Source: Eledone cirrhosa (Eukaryota). Taken from it: DNA of 64,000 bases. Location: NCBI GenBank assembly GCA_964016885.1, contig OZ024741.1:92070001-92134000 (forward strand). The letters are read 5' to 3'. The position numbers were made by a program, and so were the translations under genes. Below are positions 41,003 to 56,046 of this stretch, piece by piece (the stretch's first letter is position 1; each line of letters begins with the position of its first letter). The notes below the pieces were generated by a model. The model saw nothing but the letters and a program-made list of their open reading frames with translations. It ran no database searches and was not told the DNA's origin.

Positions 41003-43152
41003 TATGTGCGCACACATAAATACAGTCATACACACATATACATAAATACATATGCATAAATACACATATACATAAATACATACATACATATGTATTGTGT
41101 GTGTGTGTGTGTGTGTTTTGCGTTTGTTATTTGCCCATGTAATGTATCATTTGTGGTTCAATAAAAATTAATGTATTTTTGTTTTGTTTGTTTTTTTGCT
41201 TTTGTATTTTATAATTATATTTTACAGCTATATTCCTCAGAGAATAGTTTAAAACAGTGATTTCATCAAGTTCAAATATTAGGAGTTATTACTTTAGTTG
41301 CTGTTGTTGTTTATCCTCTTGTCAGCCCTGATTGAAAATACCTATGTCACGTAGGTACGTCGAATGAAAGACTAGATATATATATATATAACCAGCCTGG
41401 GGAGCTCTCCAACGTAATGCAGTATCATCTTTTGTCGGTTGTCCATCAACTGAACTACTTACGCCTTCACACTTTCGTTACTTTCGTTTTAATGAAAAAC
41501 ACTGCCTAAAATGTTCAGCTGGGAAGGGAAGCCTGCACCGTCTAGGCTATGCTTTATGATCTAGTTGAAAGCAGCGTGGCGTGGGAGGCAGCCTGCACTA
41601 TAACGGCATGACAGTGGGTGGAGACAGAAAGGATCCACAGTAGAACCGCAGCGGCAGTTGTGAAGTTCACAGACCCGAAGGCAGAACCTCAGTGAAACAC
41701 TAATGCGCAAGCAGTCCCTATCCAGCTGAGTGCCAGTCGCAAGGGATGGAACTGCATTGAACCACTATGGGTTTGGGAGCCCGATGAAAACATACCAGAC
41801 GGTGCTGGTCAAGCTGCTGCACCAGCCTGTCTGAGGTCATGTTATACTAGATGGTGTCCCGTTTGTTTTTTAGGAGGAATGGACGTCTACGGAGGGGAGA
41901 GGGGGAATGGACGTGTTAAATATTGCATAGGCCGCTTCGCGTCACAGTAGGTTCAGTTGTGTTGTGGGTAACTCTGTTTACAAGCACAGTCCATCCGATT
42001 TAAGTTTGTTTGTTTTTTTTTGTTTTTTGCCAAAAATGTTCCTTTTTTCCGTACTTTTTTGTGATTTTATTTTCGTTCACCGTTCAGTTGTTTTATCTAA
42101 TGCGTGATGTAATCACCTTAAGAGTGTATTTCTTTTGTCTCTTTTATATATTCCACTATTCTGAACAAACATTACACGAAATGACTTCCTTCTCATAATA
42201 CCTCTCAACATCATCCTAGATATATCTCTCGGCTACATTACACCTGCACCTTTAAACACAAAATAACCTTATTTGTTTGTTTACTTTAGGTTTACAATTT
42301 AGCATCGCCGCAACCATAAAGCTATTCTTCTAAACAATATTATCATACAGCAATTCCTTTTATCCAAACAACTTACAGAAGACATATTCAATAAATAGTG
42401 AATAAAATATATATTTCCACATACTATTCTTTGCAGAACAATGGGGGTTTTTTTCTCTTTTTTTACCACAGTTATTTATTTATTTGTTTATTTATTTATT
42501 TTACTGTGCAGGTTTCGAGTTTAAAATAAGTATACAGATTCTCTGCGTGTCGTAAGAAGTGACTAAAAGAATTTGTACATTGAACGGCATCCGTCAATAA
42601 ACGATTACCTAAAAAAAGACTCCATGTCGGTTAAACCCTTCATTAACATGAGAAATGGCCTTAAAACGCTCCTTGTTGATGTGGTTGCTCTTGTATTTAT
42701 TACTTATTTATTCAAGTCCAATTCAGTGGGTTCAACAACAAGATCTCGTTCTGAAAATGTACCCTCTTTTCCTACTCACGGGGTTTGGTGAAGATGAACG
42801 ACACCGGAGGCTGAATGTTGAACAGCTCTATTGCCCCTGCTTCCCATATGGTCCTCAACCGGGTTGAGCCCAGACTGGGTTAAACCACGTTAGATGTGAA
42901 CTGAGTTATTGTTCTTCAACGGTTCCGTCCAACGTCATCCTAGCTATCTAGTATCGTTTTGCAACTTATACCAACAACGTTTATCCCGTACGTAGTAAAA
43001 CTCCTCTCAATACACTAATTTGAAGTCACTTTGACACTTTGTCGAGTTACTATATCTAGCACATGTTAAAATAAAGAAGCGGTCACGTACTGAGGTAAAT
43101 ATAATCGACTTTGTCCTCCCCATAAATTGTTGGCCTTGTGCTTAAATTAGAA

Positions 43153-43339
43153 GTGGGTTGGCAGTATCGGTAGAGGGTCGGACGCCATGATTTGGAGCAT
43201 AGAGTTACGGCCTTTCATGATCTGAGTTCAAATCCCGCCGAGGTTAACCTTGCCTTTCATCTTTACGGGGGTCAATAAAATAAAGTACCAGTAATACACT
43301 GGGATAATTGCTGGCCTTGTGCCAAAAGTAGAAACAATT
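43153..43339 (+). mobile_element. Full-length SINE family A
   Basis: TGGCAGTATCGG A-box, GAGTTCAAATCCC B-box, core and tail. Confidence 0.9.
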
Positions 43340-45009
43340 ATATCTAGCCCATGGATGAGGGTGCTTTCTTTTTTGTTCTTTAAATATTCCACATCGAAGA
43401 CCCGTGGCTAAATGTTTAGGGTGTTGGGCTCCCAATCATAAAGTCGTGGGTTCAATTGTCTGAGTGGTGAGGTGTTGTGTTCTTGAACAAAGCACTTCAT
43501 TTCATGTTGCTACAATCCCCTCATCTGAACATGACTAAATGACTACCAGCATCAGCTGAAAGTTGTTTTAGACCCATGAAACTGGGATGAGCTCTAGACC
43601 TCGTCAAACCCGAACAAGCATGGAAAACAGACGTAAAACGAACGTTACACAAGATGGCTTCCTTCCCATAATGTCTCTTAACATTACGCTGGTATACTAT
43701 CAAATCATCCGCTATGATTCCGCTTGTCAAATACTATTCAAAATAATCCGTCAGATTTCGTCAATGATATTGGTAAAACTGGAACGAACGAATTAAAACA
43801 AACCAGAAAATAATTGTAATTATGTAATACTTATTTCTAAATATATTTTGCTAACATTTTAGAACTTTGACTGCTTCAAATCTCCAAACATTTTAGATCA
43901 GTGATTCCTTCATGGAATCCTTAACAACTTCAGGCATACAAAATAATAAATAAATCAGTAAAATATAAAATATACAGACAATAAAGATTATATATAAATC
44001 AGAAACCTGTATAAGCAACTTAGATTTTCTTCTATTATTTTATATAATTGTCAAACTTAGCCGCAAAACACAATCAACCTCTTTTTGGTAGTTCCATTGA
44101 CCTGGGGTGGGGGTCGATATCGACTAACTTTAACATAAAACATTTTATGTTGACTGTTTCAATAATCTGCACGGCGTATTTATGAACCAATCTATATGTA
44201 TGAACTTGTATCTTGTCATGGAGTCGTAGTGGGCATTTTAAACCTGGCAAAACCCATCTCTCACCAGCTCTGAACACAGAGTTCGAGCTAGAGCTAGAGA
44301 GAGGTGCAGGAGGAGAAGAGAAGTTGTATGTGTGAGAGTAAATATGTATATGTGTGTATGACACAAGGTTACATTCAGTGTACTTTATAGATTTATGACT
44401 GCAAAAATTATGGACACTAATTTATAATGAAATAATTCAACGCACAAATATACATATATATATATATATATGTAAATACACATACATAATTATGTAAGTA
44501 TCTGTGAAGAAGAAGAAAGAATAGGACCCTAATACTGAACTTGCACTTATTTTACCGACCCCAAAAGAGGAAGATGACACTGGTGGGATTTGAACTCAGG
44601 GCGCAGAGGGCCAGAACGAATACTGCAAAGTATTCTGCCTGACTCTGCCAATTCACCGAATTCCAATCTATAAGACAAAGATTAATTATTTTGTAGAGCT
44701 TCTCTCTTTATTTACTCAATAAATAAACACTGTTACTCTTAACAAAGAAAGTGGGCAAATATAGCTTTAAATGGACAGTTCGCTGATGATGAAATTCTTT
44801 CAATAAACTAAAACACTGTGCTGTTTTCATTGCTGATGCCCATAATTTAATTAGTGTGGACAGTTAGTATATGAATTCAAGAAATAGCTTTCATTTTTAA
44901 TTATTTATTAGTACTGTCTTCGTTCAATCAACCTTATTATAGAAAGAAGATGGTATCTACATATGAGATGATTGTTTTAGAAGATAATAGTACAATGTAT
45001 AGGTAACGT

Positions 45010-45165
45010 TTGGTGGTTAATTGGAGGAGTCGTTAGAACGTCGGATAGAATGTTTTGCGTTATTCGTTCCGACTTTCTGTCCTCTGAATTCAAATCCCAT
45101 CGAGGTCAACTTTGTCTTTCATCCTTTCGAGATCGATAAAAAATGTACCAGTCTAGTACTGGAAC
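45010..45165 (+). mobile_element. Older SINE family A copy (similar diverged copies near 15025, 19505, 44545, 46715, 47390-47650, 48110-48320, 60110, 63050)
   Basis: TTCAAATCCC..GAGGTCAACTTTGTCTTTCATCCTTTCGAGATCGATAAAA..GTACCAG. Confidence 0.75.
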
Positions 45166-45198
45166 CGAGTCTTCTTCTATATCACTTTCTCACTTCCC

Positions 45199-45280
<82 letters not shown>

Positions 45281-45439
45281 TTCTGTCCTTCTCAGGAAGA
45301 TATCTGCTGTGTTCAGACATGGAGAATAATGGGCTCCATCAGGCGTAAAATGTCCAAGAAACGCCGTATGTCACTACGGCGCCCCTACGACTCCATCAAA
45401 ATGTACGTAACATTTACTGATTTCTTTTTCTCCAAAACC

Positions 45440-45900
45440 ATTAAGGTTGATTCTGTGATGTTCAGTTTGAACTGTTGCAGATCGACTTCTGTAGGACAGA
45501 TATGTTCAGAAAATAATGCCAGGTGGGCAACATTCTGAAGAGGAAGGAATGAGCGTAGTGGTTAATGCGGGGCCTATATGATTAGACACGTGTAGGCGAT
45601 GAGAAAAAGAGTGACGAATGAAGTGAAAGTACCACGAGTTGAGACAGGTTCAAGGAGCAGAGGCTACTATAGCGGTTGAAAAGGCAAAGAGGGGGAACAG
45701 GGTGTATGTGGGTCTGAAGCCGGAGAGTCAGTGACTTTCAAAGTCGAAAGAACTGAGAAAACAACCAGGTGGTTTATGATTTGGCTACGTGGTGGGAGTA
45801 TCGAATTCTTCTCCGTACGTTGAGTAAAAGGCACTTAGACTTATTTACCTGTATAGTTAGGATGGGGGTGAATTTGGTGCTCGGTGAAAGAGTATTAGAT
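45440..45900 (-). mobile_element. Decayed CR1/L2-group LINE 3' fragment
   Basis: Minus-strand LCLFNRY..LCS..L and RINHYAHSFLFRMLPTW...DLQQFKLNI resemble the C-terminus of CR1-group RT proteins. Confidence 0.45.
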
Positions 45901-45914
45901 CTGAAATATTAAAA

Positions 45915-46220
45915 GTGGCTGAGTTGTTTAGTTTGCTTTTCAATCATGAAGTTCCGGATTCGGTCACCTTGCGTGGTACGGCTTTGAGTTGACCCAAGCT
46001 TTGTATATAAAATTGAGTAGACGGAAACTGTGCAAGAGTCCGTTGAATGGATTGTACCTGTAATTCATATACCATCTTTGACATATATTATGTCCTGCAG
46101 ATTTGGCTAGGGAATTTACGTTAAGGGTAAACGAGTCTGTTGAATATTCAACCATTTACAAGTGAGTTAAAAATTCAATTGGTCGAATAACTGGATGCCC
46201 ACCATAGAAACCGACGGAGG
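45915..46220 (+). mobile_element. SINE family B copy (another at 59325-59640)
   Basis: tRNA-like head, GTAGACGGAAACTG core, shared 3' blocks. Confidence 0.6.
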
Positions 46221-48469
46221 ATCAATCATACAGTTGATCTAGTTAAGTAAAGACGGCCCTTAGGATGCTCAGTAGGTTCACATGTTAGCTACCCAATCTA
46301 TAATTTATGACATTTATGCTCCCAATTATGTTATTCAATATAGTAGTTGAAACTTTGAAAGGTCACTAGCCATATCTATAATTATAAATATTTTAATAAC
46401 TTTTACGTAGCATAATATAGTATTTTCTTTTCGTTTGTTTTGTTGGTTGTTGTTTTGTTTGTTTGTTTGTTTTTTCGTAGTTGGCATTACAGTACAACTA
46501 CGATAAAATCTTTCTCCAAAGAAAGAAGCTGAACGTCATATCGGACTACGGAAACTCTGTTTCCATTGATTTTTTCCAATTCTGGTGCTATCTGTTGGTC
46601 ACCATTCCTGGCAGAAAGCTCACCACTTTTCCAGTGACAGGAAGCGGGATTTCAATTTAATGCCCACAGAGCCAGAATAGTCCGAGGTTTTGGCAATACT
46701 GCTATCCATCACCCTTGGAATTGTACTTCATTTATCGATCCCTAAATGATAAAAGGTAAAATTGACCTCGTCATTATTTGATCCCAGAATACAGAGATCT
46801 GGATCAAATACCAAGGCATGTAATTCGACTCTGTCAATTCATTTGTTCTTTGTCCAAGACAGATTATATTGATCTCAAAGGATCAACATTACGCTATGAC
46901 TTCGTTCTCGTGTAAATATCATGGCCCGGAAGTGTCTCACATATATCATATGGTCAGTTGAAAGACTTTGATTGACTAATGTTATCCATGTAATTATTTG
47001 ACAAACACTCCTTCTAAATCTAAAATTCAACAAGTATGGTAAATAACACGAATGAGATCAATTGATCGAAATTTTTATATGTTATAAACAATGCTAATGT
47101 AGAGTGGATCTGGTCTTTAAAACCAACTGGTGAAAGCAACGGATATGTTTCAATCTTATTAGTCCTCCTCGGTGAATCATATTTTATTCAGTTGGCAAGA
47201 CAAAGAAAGCTACTGCTGTTAATTCTGATTTATTTTGGATAATTCTGATCCAAACATCTTTTTCTTAACTACATAGTCAGGAAGGGAAGGTCAGTAACCA
47301 TGACCCTTTATTTTAAGTTATACTCAAACCGGAGATCTGGCAGTATTTTTTCAAACAGAATAACTCCGCTAAAGGGATTCGACAACCAGATGGTGGTGTT
47401 AAACCGAGCGAGAGAATAAGTTTACGACCTAAAAACTCAGAAGGCAAAGAGATGAAACAAATACCGCAAAGCAACTCAACCAACGCTTTAACAATTTCGC
47501 CAATTCACCGCCCTGGTATTATGTTTTATCGACCCCGAAAAGTTGAAAGGGAATCTTAACCTCGGCAAGATTTGAACTCAGAATGGAGAGAGTCGGAGAA
47601 AATACAATGTATTTTTTCCTTCGCTCTTATGATTCTGCCGGTTTTCGGCATACAAACACAAACGAATTGCATAATACATTAAAACAACCCCAGAAGGATG
47701 AAAAGTAAAGTCGAACCTTTCAATTTAGTTTATATATAATAGAACATGCTACTGATTATCTAAAGGTTGATTGTCCATGAAAATCCATTATTATTTATGA
47801 AACAAATCAAATTGTTTATTTCATTGGCGTATAAATATCAAATTATAGTTGTTGTTTTTTAATTGCATAGGTCATTGATAATTAATTAAGTGAAACGTAA
47901 ATTGAGATTTTTTTTAAACATTATAGATTCAAAATCATTAAATTTTACCTTATTAGTATTTTAATTTTATTGATCAAATGAAAATTTGACCTAATTATTA
48001 TTTGGTCTCCAACTCAGGCAAGTTCAATGCAGAAAAGTCATTTTACAAATAAAAAGAAAGGAAATGAGCCGATCGTCAATTCAAACTAAGAAAACTGTTT
48101 CCATTGCTGATACTATCTACCAGTCTCAACTCCTTGCAGAATTAGATGGGATTTCAGCTCTGAACGTGCGGAGTTGGACCAGATACTGCAAAGCATTCCG
48201 TCCAACTCTTTAATAATTCAGCCAACCTATCGCTCTATGGATTGGTACTGTATTTATCGACCGCGAAAGAATGAAAGACGAGGTTATTTCGGCGGGATTT
48301 GAACTCAGAGCTTAGGAGCAAATATTGAAATATTTAACCCTACGCTCGGTATTGGCAGAGTCGTTACAAATAAAAAATATCAACGAACAAATAGATGCAT
48401 GTAAAATTCACTGGTAACAATGTATTATTCAAACAATGTAATAAAAAAAATACCCAGAATCATGTAACT

Positions 48470-49222
48470 AGAGAATGAGAATGTTACAACATATGCTTCA
48501 AAATGTCACTACGTAGGTCATTTATATATTGACAGCAATAAAGGAGATTGTTTACTCTAGACGCAATTTCGTCTTGATTGACATTCGTTATTTCTGTAGT
48601 CATCCACATATTCAAATGTTGAAATTCTGCGGCCTATCATTTGGTTTGTAAACGTGAGGTTTTATCGCACTCCATAAATACTTTGATGGCTTTTGTGAAA
48701 TGCGATGGTGCAATATTTTGCTGCGCTTTTGTTCGTTGTTTGTAGGGATTGATTGCGTACACCGCACTTTATAAAGATAGAATTTAAGATTGTTTTAATA
48801 TGTGGTTAACAGTGCGCAGGATGTTTGTTGATTTTGATATTGGGTTTGCTGTTGCTAGTTTAGTTCTTGCTGTTGCTAGTCTCAGCGGATTAGTTCTCTT
48901 TTAACTTTCAAGTTCTCTTTCCAGCAGTTCATGCTGCTCTTTCACAAGTGAGGGACGACCAGAGCATGGACGGTCGCCAACTGATCCTGTAGATTCAAGC
49001 ATTTCTATTGTTTTGATGATAGTAGATAAAGTAAAGTTGATACTGCTTTCCATATATTCTCGATGTCTGCTGTTGGCATAATAAAGTTCACAATGAAGAT
49101 ATGTTTTAATGTCCATTTTAATCAACATAACAAAATACAAATTATAAGTGACAACTGTAAAATAAATTTTGAATTGAAATTTGAAAAATGTGAACAGTAT
49201 CGCTTATGGGACGCTCTCCATT
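48470..49222 (-). mobile_element. Decayed Tc1/mariner-superfamily transposon
   Basis: STIIKTIEMLESTGSVGDRPCSGRPS is a typical Tc1/mariner N-terminal HTH-linker motif, followed by NILRTV..LKFYLYKV. A TIR-like GAGCGTCCCATAAG lies at about 49203-49216 (minus). Confidence 0.65.
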
Positions 49223-49386
49223 GCTTTTCTGTCTCTAGGAGCGTATATGCTCAACTTGTTAGAATTCTATAGTCAAAAACCTACTTTGAAGCTGTTAACT
49301 TTAAGCTAACATACATTTAAAATGCATGGTCCGCTCAACGATTTTGAAAATATGATTGTTAATTGTAAAATTGTTTTCTGCATAAA

Positions 49387-49459
<73 letters not shown>

Positions 49460-49463
49460 TATG

Positions 49464-49514
<51 letters not shown>

Positions 49515-49601
49515 GGAAGCAGAGAATTGTTTATTGTGATCCAGTTCGTGGTTAAGAAAGCCAGTTTCATGGACGGTTTCAACGTACGGTTAGGAGTATA
49601 A

Positions 49602-49994
49602 AGTATAAAAGAGAAAACACAGGTAAGCATTAAGAGATGGATTTTATCCAGGTATTTACGACCGTTTCATTGGTAAGTGAAACCTTATATTGCTATACTG
49701 CAAATAGCAGCCACTGAATTATAATTGTTGTTCACGTCCAAATTTTCAAAATAGTGAGTAAGTTACTCTTGAAATAGTTCTTAATATATAGAGAAAACAT
49801 TTTTTGGAATTGTATTTACTAGTATAGAGAGAGAGGAAGAGGAATTAGAAGGTGAGGGGACAAACGGAATAGTATAGAGAGAGGGGAAGGGGGAGAAGAG
49901 TTAGGAAGTAGAGTGACACACTGAGATGGAGGAAGGGGTAGAGGTGGAAGGATTCCTTGATCAGTTTTGATACGTAGACTTCATGTCGTCGAAT
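49602..49994. repeat. Left arm of about 390-bp inverted terminal repeat (partner 52612-53002)
   Basis: Reverse-complement match with a few mismatches and indels. Confidence 0.93.
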
Positions 49995-50326
49995 GTAGTG
50001 AGTTAAAGAGAATTAAATTGATCATAGTGGGAGGGATGGATAGAGAGAGAGAGAGGGGGTGGGGATATAAAGAGATAAATATATATATAAAAAATAAAGA
50101 TAAAGATGATAATGACAAAAATAAAAGCAAAGAAGGGGGTAAAAAGAAGAAAAGAAAAGATAGCCAAAAAGGGGAGGGAAGAAAGGAAGAAATAGAAGAA
50201 ATAGAAGAGGAATGAAGGAGAAGGGAGGGATATGGGTATTGGTTTTTGTGGGTAATTAAAGGGGTTACATACAATAAGAGGGTATAAAGTCTAAGTATAT
50301 GCAGTTTGTCAGTTGGTAGTAAGAGG

Positions 50327-52611
50327 CTAAGGGTTCGATTTGCACTTGTAGTGCGAAAACTTTTCTTTGAGTCTATGGTTACAATAAATTGATCTTTCGA
50401 TTTTATTGTTCAGTAACTTATTCTTCGAACTCAAAATGTGGAACAGCTCAAGGTCACATAATCGACAGCTTCTCATACCACTCCGATATGGGGCGCGTTC
50501 GATAATTGTTTCCACTTCAGGGTGTATTGATGGTTACTTTCCCTCAGTTGCCAGGTCTTGTTTGCAAGGGTAGTTACATAACAATGCTGGGAATGTTTCA
50601 TTGCGTAACGGTGTGTATACCAACGGGCTTTAAATGTATTCCCAGTCGCTCCGATGTAATACCATTTCTGGTTGTCTGATTCCACTGTGCATTGGTAAAC
50701 CAGGTTAGACTGCACACATTCATTATGTAATGGACAGGTATCAGGTATGTGGCAGTTACAATTTTTGTCATGGGCAACTTTGGCATTATTGGTGGGCTGC
50801 GATGCCTGTACAAGTGTGTTTTGTTTTGTTTGCCTATTAGTGCGTGGTTGTGTATTAGATATTCTGTTGTGTTCAATGGTGACTGTATTGTTATTTATAT
50901 AAATGTGTGTTCTGTATCTTTTTAGCGTTAAGCATCTTAATGTGTGCCTCTATATTTGGTGCCGTGGAGTAAGATAGTCTAATAGATTTAGTGTTAAAGA
51001 TTTTGCTGTATCTATGTCAATCTGAAAAGTGATTATTTATTATTCTAAAGAAGGTAGAGGGTAGGTTAGTACTAATAGAGGTGTTAAATATGGGGTTATA
51101 CCAAATATATTTTCTACTGCGTGACTTGTTTGATTTCGATGTTGTATTTCTATTTACCGTATACTTTGTAGTTCTATGCGTAAATGCGTGTGTGCGTGTG
51201 TTTCTGGAGTTTGTGTTATGCGTGTTCGTGTGCGCTTTGCGGAGGCTTTCATCTATATATTCTACTTTATCTAAGTGGCCTGCCTTGTCTAATGCGGTAT
51301 TGTAGTATTCTGCATGTTCCTCGAAGATTTGTCGGTTAGACGAGAGGCGGGAGATCCTAAGGGATATGTTGCGTGGAATGGATTTAATTATGGATAGTGG
51401 GTGGTTTGAGTTACAGTTGATGTATGCTAAGTTTTCATTAATCTTGTGAAAAGGTCTTATAAGTCCCGTATTTAGGTTAAGCGTCGCGTCTAGAAAGTTA
51501 ACTGTTTTAGTACTATACTCATACGTTATGCTAAGGCCTAGTTTCCCGAGAGTCTTTCTAATATTCTTACGGAGTCTTTCTATGCTCTGGTTATTTAGGT
51601 TCTTAACTAGGAGAAGGGCGTCGTCTCTGTAGATTCCACCGTGAAGGTCGCTAAACTCTGTAAACTATGGGCTATGTAAATACCTACTAAATCTGTGATT
51701 TGAGCCGAGTCGTTCCCCCATCGTGATGTCAAAGTTATTTAATCTATCCTTACGTTCCCAATAGGCGTTTTCAAATTTAATTATTGCTTTCCTAGCAGCT
51801 AATATGATTTTTATCTCGTCGTCTGTTAGGTCAGAATTGGTTTTATCCAAGGTGTTGGGGGATGTTGAGGAGTAATAGTCGTTAATGTCAAATTGTATAA
51901 ATTTAGATACTTTTTTGTTAGCTATATTGTTAAACCACTTAATTGTTTCGGTAGCGTTACCCCATAGTTTAATCACTAGTTTATTCTTCATTTGTGCTAT
52001 GTCTAATATATGTTTACTAATTTTCCCGATGTCCGATTTGGATGGGCATATAAGTCTAATTGTGGGGCTGTAATCAAAATTTACCTTGTGGTCCTTGAGA
52101 TTAAATGTGGGGGTACATGGCCTAAGTGGCTCCGTTCTGTCGTCTATTCCTAGGTGTTTGACTATACTGTGTGCCTCGTTTTTGATGTTTATCAGTGCCG
52201 CCTCATTAGTTTTTTTGTATTTCCTATGTAATTCTTTCCGTATGAAGCTATTGTATGTATTAACATCCATCGTATACACATTTGAGGTTTTGTCCGCTTT
52301 GACAATAATTCCATTGGTAGTTCGCAGCTTTTTTTAGGAATGTATTTATGTCATTCTGGAGTTTATTATTCCTCCGCTTTTTGAATTTGATATTCATAAT
52401 CATCTTCAGTAAGTCCTGTTCAAAGGCATCCAGTTGAGGGTTGGTAGGTGGGTTCTTACACGATTTGAAGCCGTATGTTTCCTTGTTGTATTCCACGGTG
52501 CGACCATTACGTCCTTTGTCGAAATGGAAAGTTTTCCATCTAACTCGGCGTATAAAGTCGTTTGTTCGCTGTATCATCCCAAGGGTATAATCCTTTCTCA
52601 AAGGTATAGGA
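50327..52611 (-). pseudogene. PLE RT plus GIY-YIG polyprotein, frameshifted
   Basis: IPIP..FIRRVRWKTFHF, RLICPSKSDIGKISK, FDINDYYSS, DITMG, GGIYRDDAL, VNFLDATLNL, SNHP, RKYIWYNP, LSYS, CNC..CPL..C, LVYQC..YYIG, CRLC, LLN..E..CNH. Confidence 0.9.
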
Positions 52612-53126
<515 letters not shown>

Positions 53127-53198
53127 ATATATATATACAAATATATATATTAATATGTATATATGTGTGTGTGTGCGCGTGCGTGTGTGTGTGTGTGT

Positions 53199-53282
<84 letters not shown>

Positions 53283-54157
53283 GGTAAACAGAAATAACAA
53301 CACAATCGGTACAGTATGGAAGGAATATATTAGGTTAACGCTTGAAATACCAGGAAGAGGGTCTTAGCGTTTCGGACGTTTCAGAAGAAAGAATGAGAAA
53401 TAAGATAGATAGAAGGGACGGGTGGGTTGGAATTGGAAAAAAAGTCTTTAGAAAAAAATAACAGGTCCATTATGTTGACATCTTTTAGAAAACTGTTGAT
53501 GCTGGCGTTTTGTGTATGATTTATAGATATATATATTCATTAGTTAAGCAAAACAAGACCACAAATTTCACAAGGAAGACATTATTAAAAGATTGTCAAC
53601 ATAGTTTCAGTTTGATGTAAGGAATGTAGAGAATAATAATAATAATATTAATAATAATAATGTCCGTTTACAATTGTTTCGCTACTCCATATAATGTTTC
53701 TGGATCAAATGATTATAGATCATTATTGATCTGGTTCAGTTGAAAATAATTAACTTAGGTACAATTAGAGCAGCTCATCGGAACTTCAAAAGGAATATAA
53801 ATTAAAATAAGGAAAGAATGTTACATGAATGTTCCATATATTGGTATTTCACTATGGTGTCCTGGGTATATCTATTGTCTGCCATAGTCGAGCAGTATTC
53901 TTCTGTCGAGGCTGCATTATGTGAGATCTGCCTATGGGTAACAAGATGGCCGCCAATGGACATATTTACCTTACTAATTAGAGGGTGGTTTCAGGGGAAG
54001 TAAGTCCTCGAGAAATTTGTGGGTAGTTTATAGTTAAGAAGTGCTAATTTTTTTATTTTTAATTGAGAGACAATGTAAGGGAGGTAACTTATAATTATCT
54101 AAGTTAGCTATAACTATTTAACTTATTAGCTATAAGTAAAAATGGGGCTAGATGACT

Positions 54158-54810
54158 ATGTTGGGTCAAATATTCTGTTGGCGAAGGAATTAGCCCTTCG
54201 ATGTTGACAGCTAATAGTTAACTCCGTTCTATCGTTAATCGGTAGAGTCGTGATAGAGTTATGTAATATGCTTCGGTAAGACAAAGGTCACAAGCGTTTC
54301 TTCGTCCATTGAACGGTTGGGCTCTAACCAAGATATCCCATGTTAGTGAGTGTTCAATGTTGGTTAATTTAAGGTTTTTAATGAGCCTAGCTAGAGATGT
54401 CGAACATCTGTTGTTAGGGTCTCGGAAGGAAAAAGAGTGCGCGTTATAGCGTACCTTAAAAGGGTTAGAGGTAGAGCCGATATAGGAGCTGGTATGCGAA
54501 GCAGTTTTAACTGTGCACCTATAAACTATATTGGGTGTCAGGCAATGTCCATTTAATGGGTATACATTAGGGTAACGGCAGTTGCAGTTACTTCTGCGGT
54601 TAGTGAGAGTAGGGTTGTTTAAACTATGCGGTTGGTCCGTGCTAGAAGGATTAGATGGGGGAGGTGTGCTACTAGAGTAAGTATTGGTGTAGTGGCGTGT
54701 TGTATTTGATGGGGTGGTGATACCGTGGTGTGGGAGTTATACTGTCTTAGTTTATGATGGTTACTGAATGCGATGTGGCTAGTTAGGTTAGGTGTTGTGG
54801 AGAATGTAAC
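54158..54810 (-). pseudogene. Second Naiad-type PLE fragment, GIY-YIG domain (absent from the ORF track)
   Basis: Manual translation VTFSTTPNL ... SNCNCRYPNVYPLNGHCLTPNIVYRCTVKTASHTSSYIGSTSNPFKVRYNAH...WDIL..CDLCLTE, frameshift, then INDRTELTISCQH. Confidence 0.85.
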
Positions 54811-55243
54811 TCAGGGACCGCTGGTTCACTGCCCTTCGCACGCTATCACTTCTCTCCACCGTGTGGCGTGGGACGGTTATATTAAGTATTTTAGAGTTGT
54901 CTGGAACGTATCTGCTAAGGACATGCTGATGAACCATACGTATTTATATTTTCAGTCACTAATATAGTGGCGAAACGAATCCGTTTGGATTTGTAGATGT
55001 GTATAATATTGTTATAGAGGTGCGATTTGATTTATATTTGTTATTATTATGTGTCTACCTTACCTTCCGTAGTTTATAGATTCCATACACTAGTGGTTTC
55101 CCTGTTTTTTGATCGCACACACTCTATCTCTGTCTAGTGTGTTATCCTTTCTACATATTGTATTTTGAGGAGCTCGGGATTCCTTTTCCTTTGAGCACAT
55201 AATTTACAGGGAATAACGCAAGTCTATGACTCCATTTATATTT

Positions 55244-55290
<47 letters not shown>

Positions 55291-55385
55291 AATGAATGAA
55301 TGAATGAATGAAGGAGTTACAAGCCGTTAATATACATAAGGAAAGTATATACTTTCAGACGTTCAATCATCTGGCAGGAAGGTAT

Positions 55386-55428
55386 ACGGTGCTGACGATA
55401 GCTAATAAGCTTGAAACTAGTACATCGT
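55386..55428 (+). ncRNA. Minimal type I hammerhead ribozyme
   Basis: ACGGTG CTGACGA T AGCT aata AGCT T GAAAC TA GTA CATCGT; palindromic ACTAGT stem III; predicted cut after 55422. Confidence 0.85.
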
Positions 55429-55806
55429 TCCTTTGTCAGTTTTGAACAAAAGGGCAACGATGGTTGCTAAACACTGTACGGCTTAATTCGGGATGTTTGT
55501 TTACAAACAAACCGAGCATTATGATAAAGGCTCGGTAAATCCATACGTACATATATATATGTATGTATATATAAACATACTACTGTACGACTTTATACAT
55601 ATGTGTATGTACGTATACATACTTATATTTAAGTAACAGCCGTACTAAGAGTGAGAAATGAAATTTCGTTTCATTTTTTTCCATTTATCGTTTTCGGTGC
55701 GCCCGGCCGATTAACTCACTCGATATGCAAATTAGGCTGTTCAGCCGTTAATATGCATAAGGAAAGTATATACTTTCAGACGTTCAATCATCTGGCAGGA
55801 ATGTAT

Positions 55807-55849
55807 ACGGTGCTGACGATAGCTAATAAGCTTGAAACTAGTACATCGT
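55807..55849 (+). ncRNA. Minimal type I hammerhead ribozyme (identical second copy)
   Basis: Same sequence as 55386-55428; predicted cut after 55843. Confidence 0.85.
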
Positions 55850-56046
55850 TCCGTTGTCAGTGTTGAACAAATGGGCAACGATGGTTGCTAAACACTTTAC
55901 AGCTTAATTCGGGATGTTTGTTTACAAACAAACCGAGCATTATAATAAATGCTCGGTCAAACCATACATATATATATGTGTGCATGTATGTATATATATA
56001 CATACTACTGTACGTCTGTATACATATGTTTATGTACCTATACATA

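Noticed and set aside
46481-46660. Possible host exon after a pyrimidine tract and AG
   Set aside because: The 59-codon frame has no recognisable homology and no clear donor site.
50327-52611. Selenocysteine recoding in the Naiad ORF (reported for some Naiads)
   Set aside because: Conserved Cys positions use TGT/TGC. The in-frame TGA at about 51017-51019 is not at a Cys position, and the ORF has several frameshifts.
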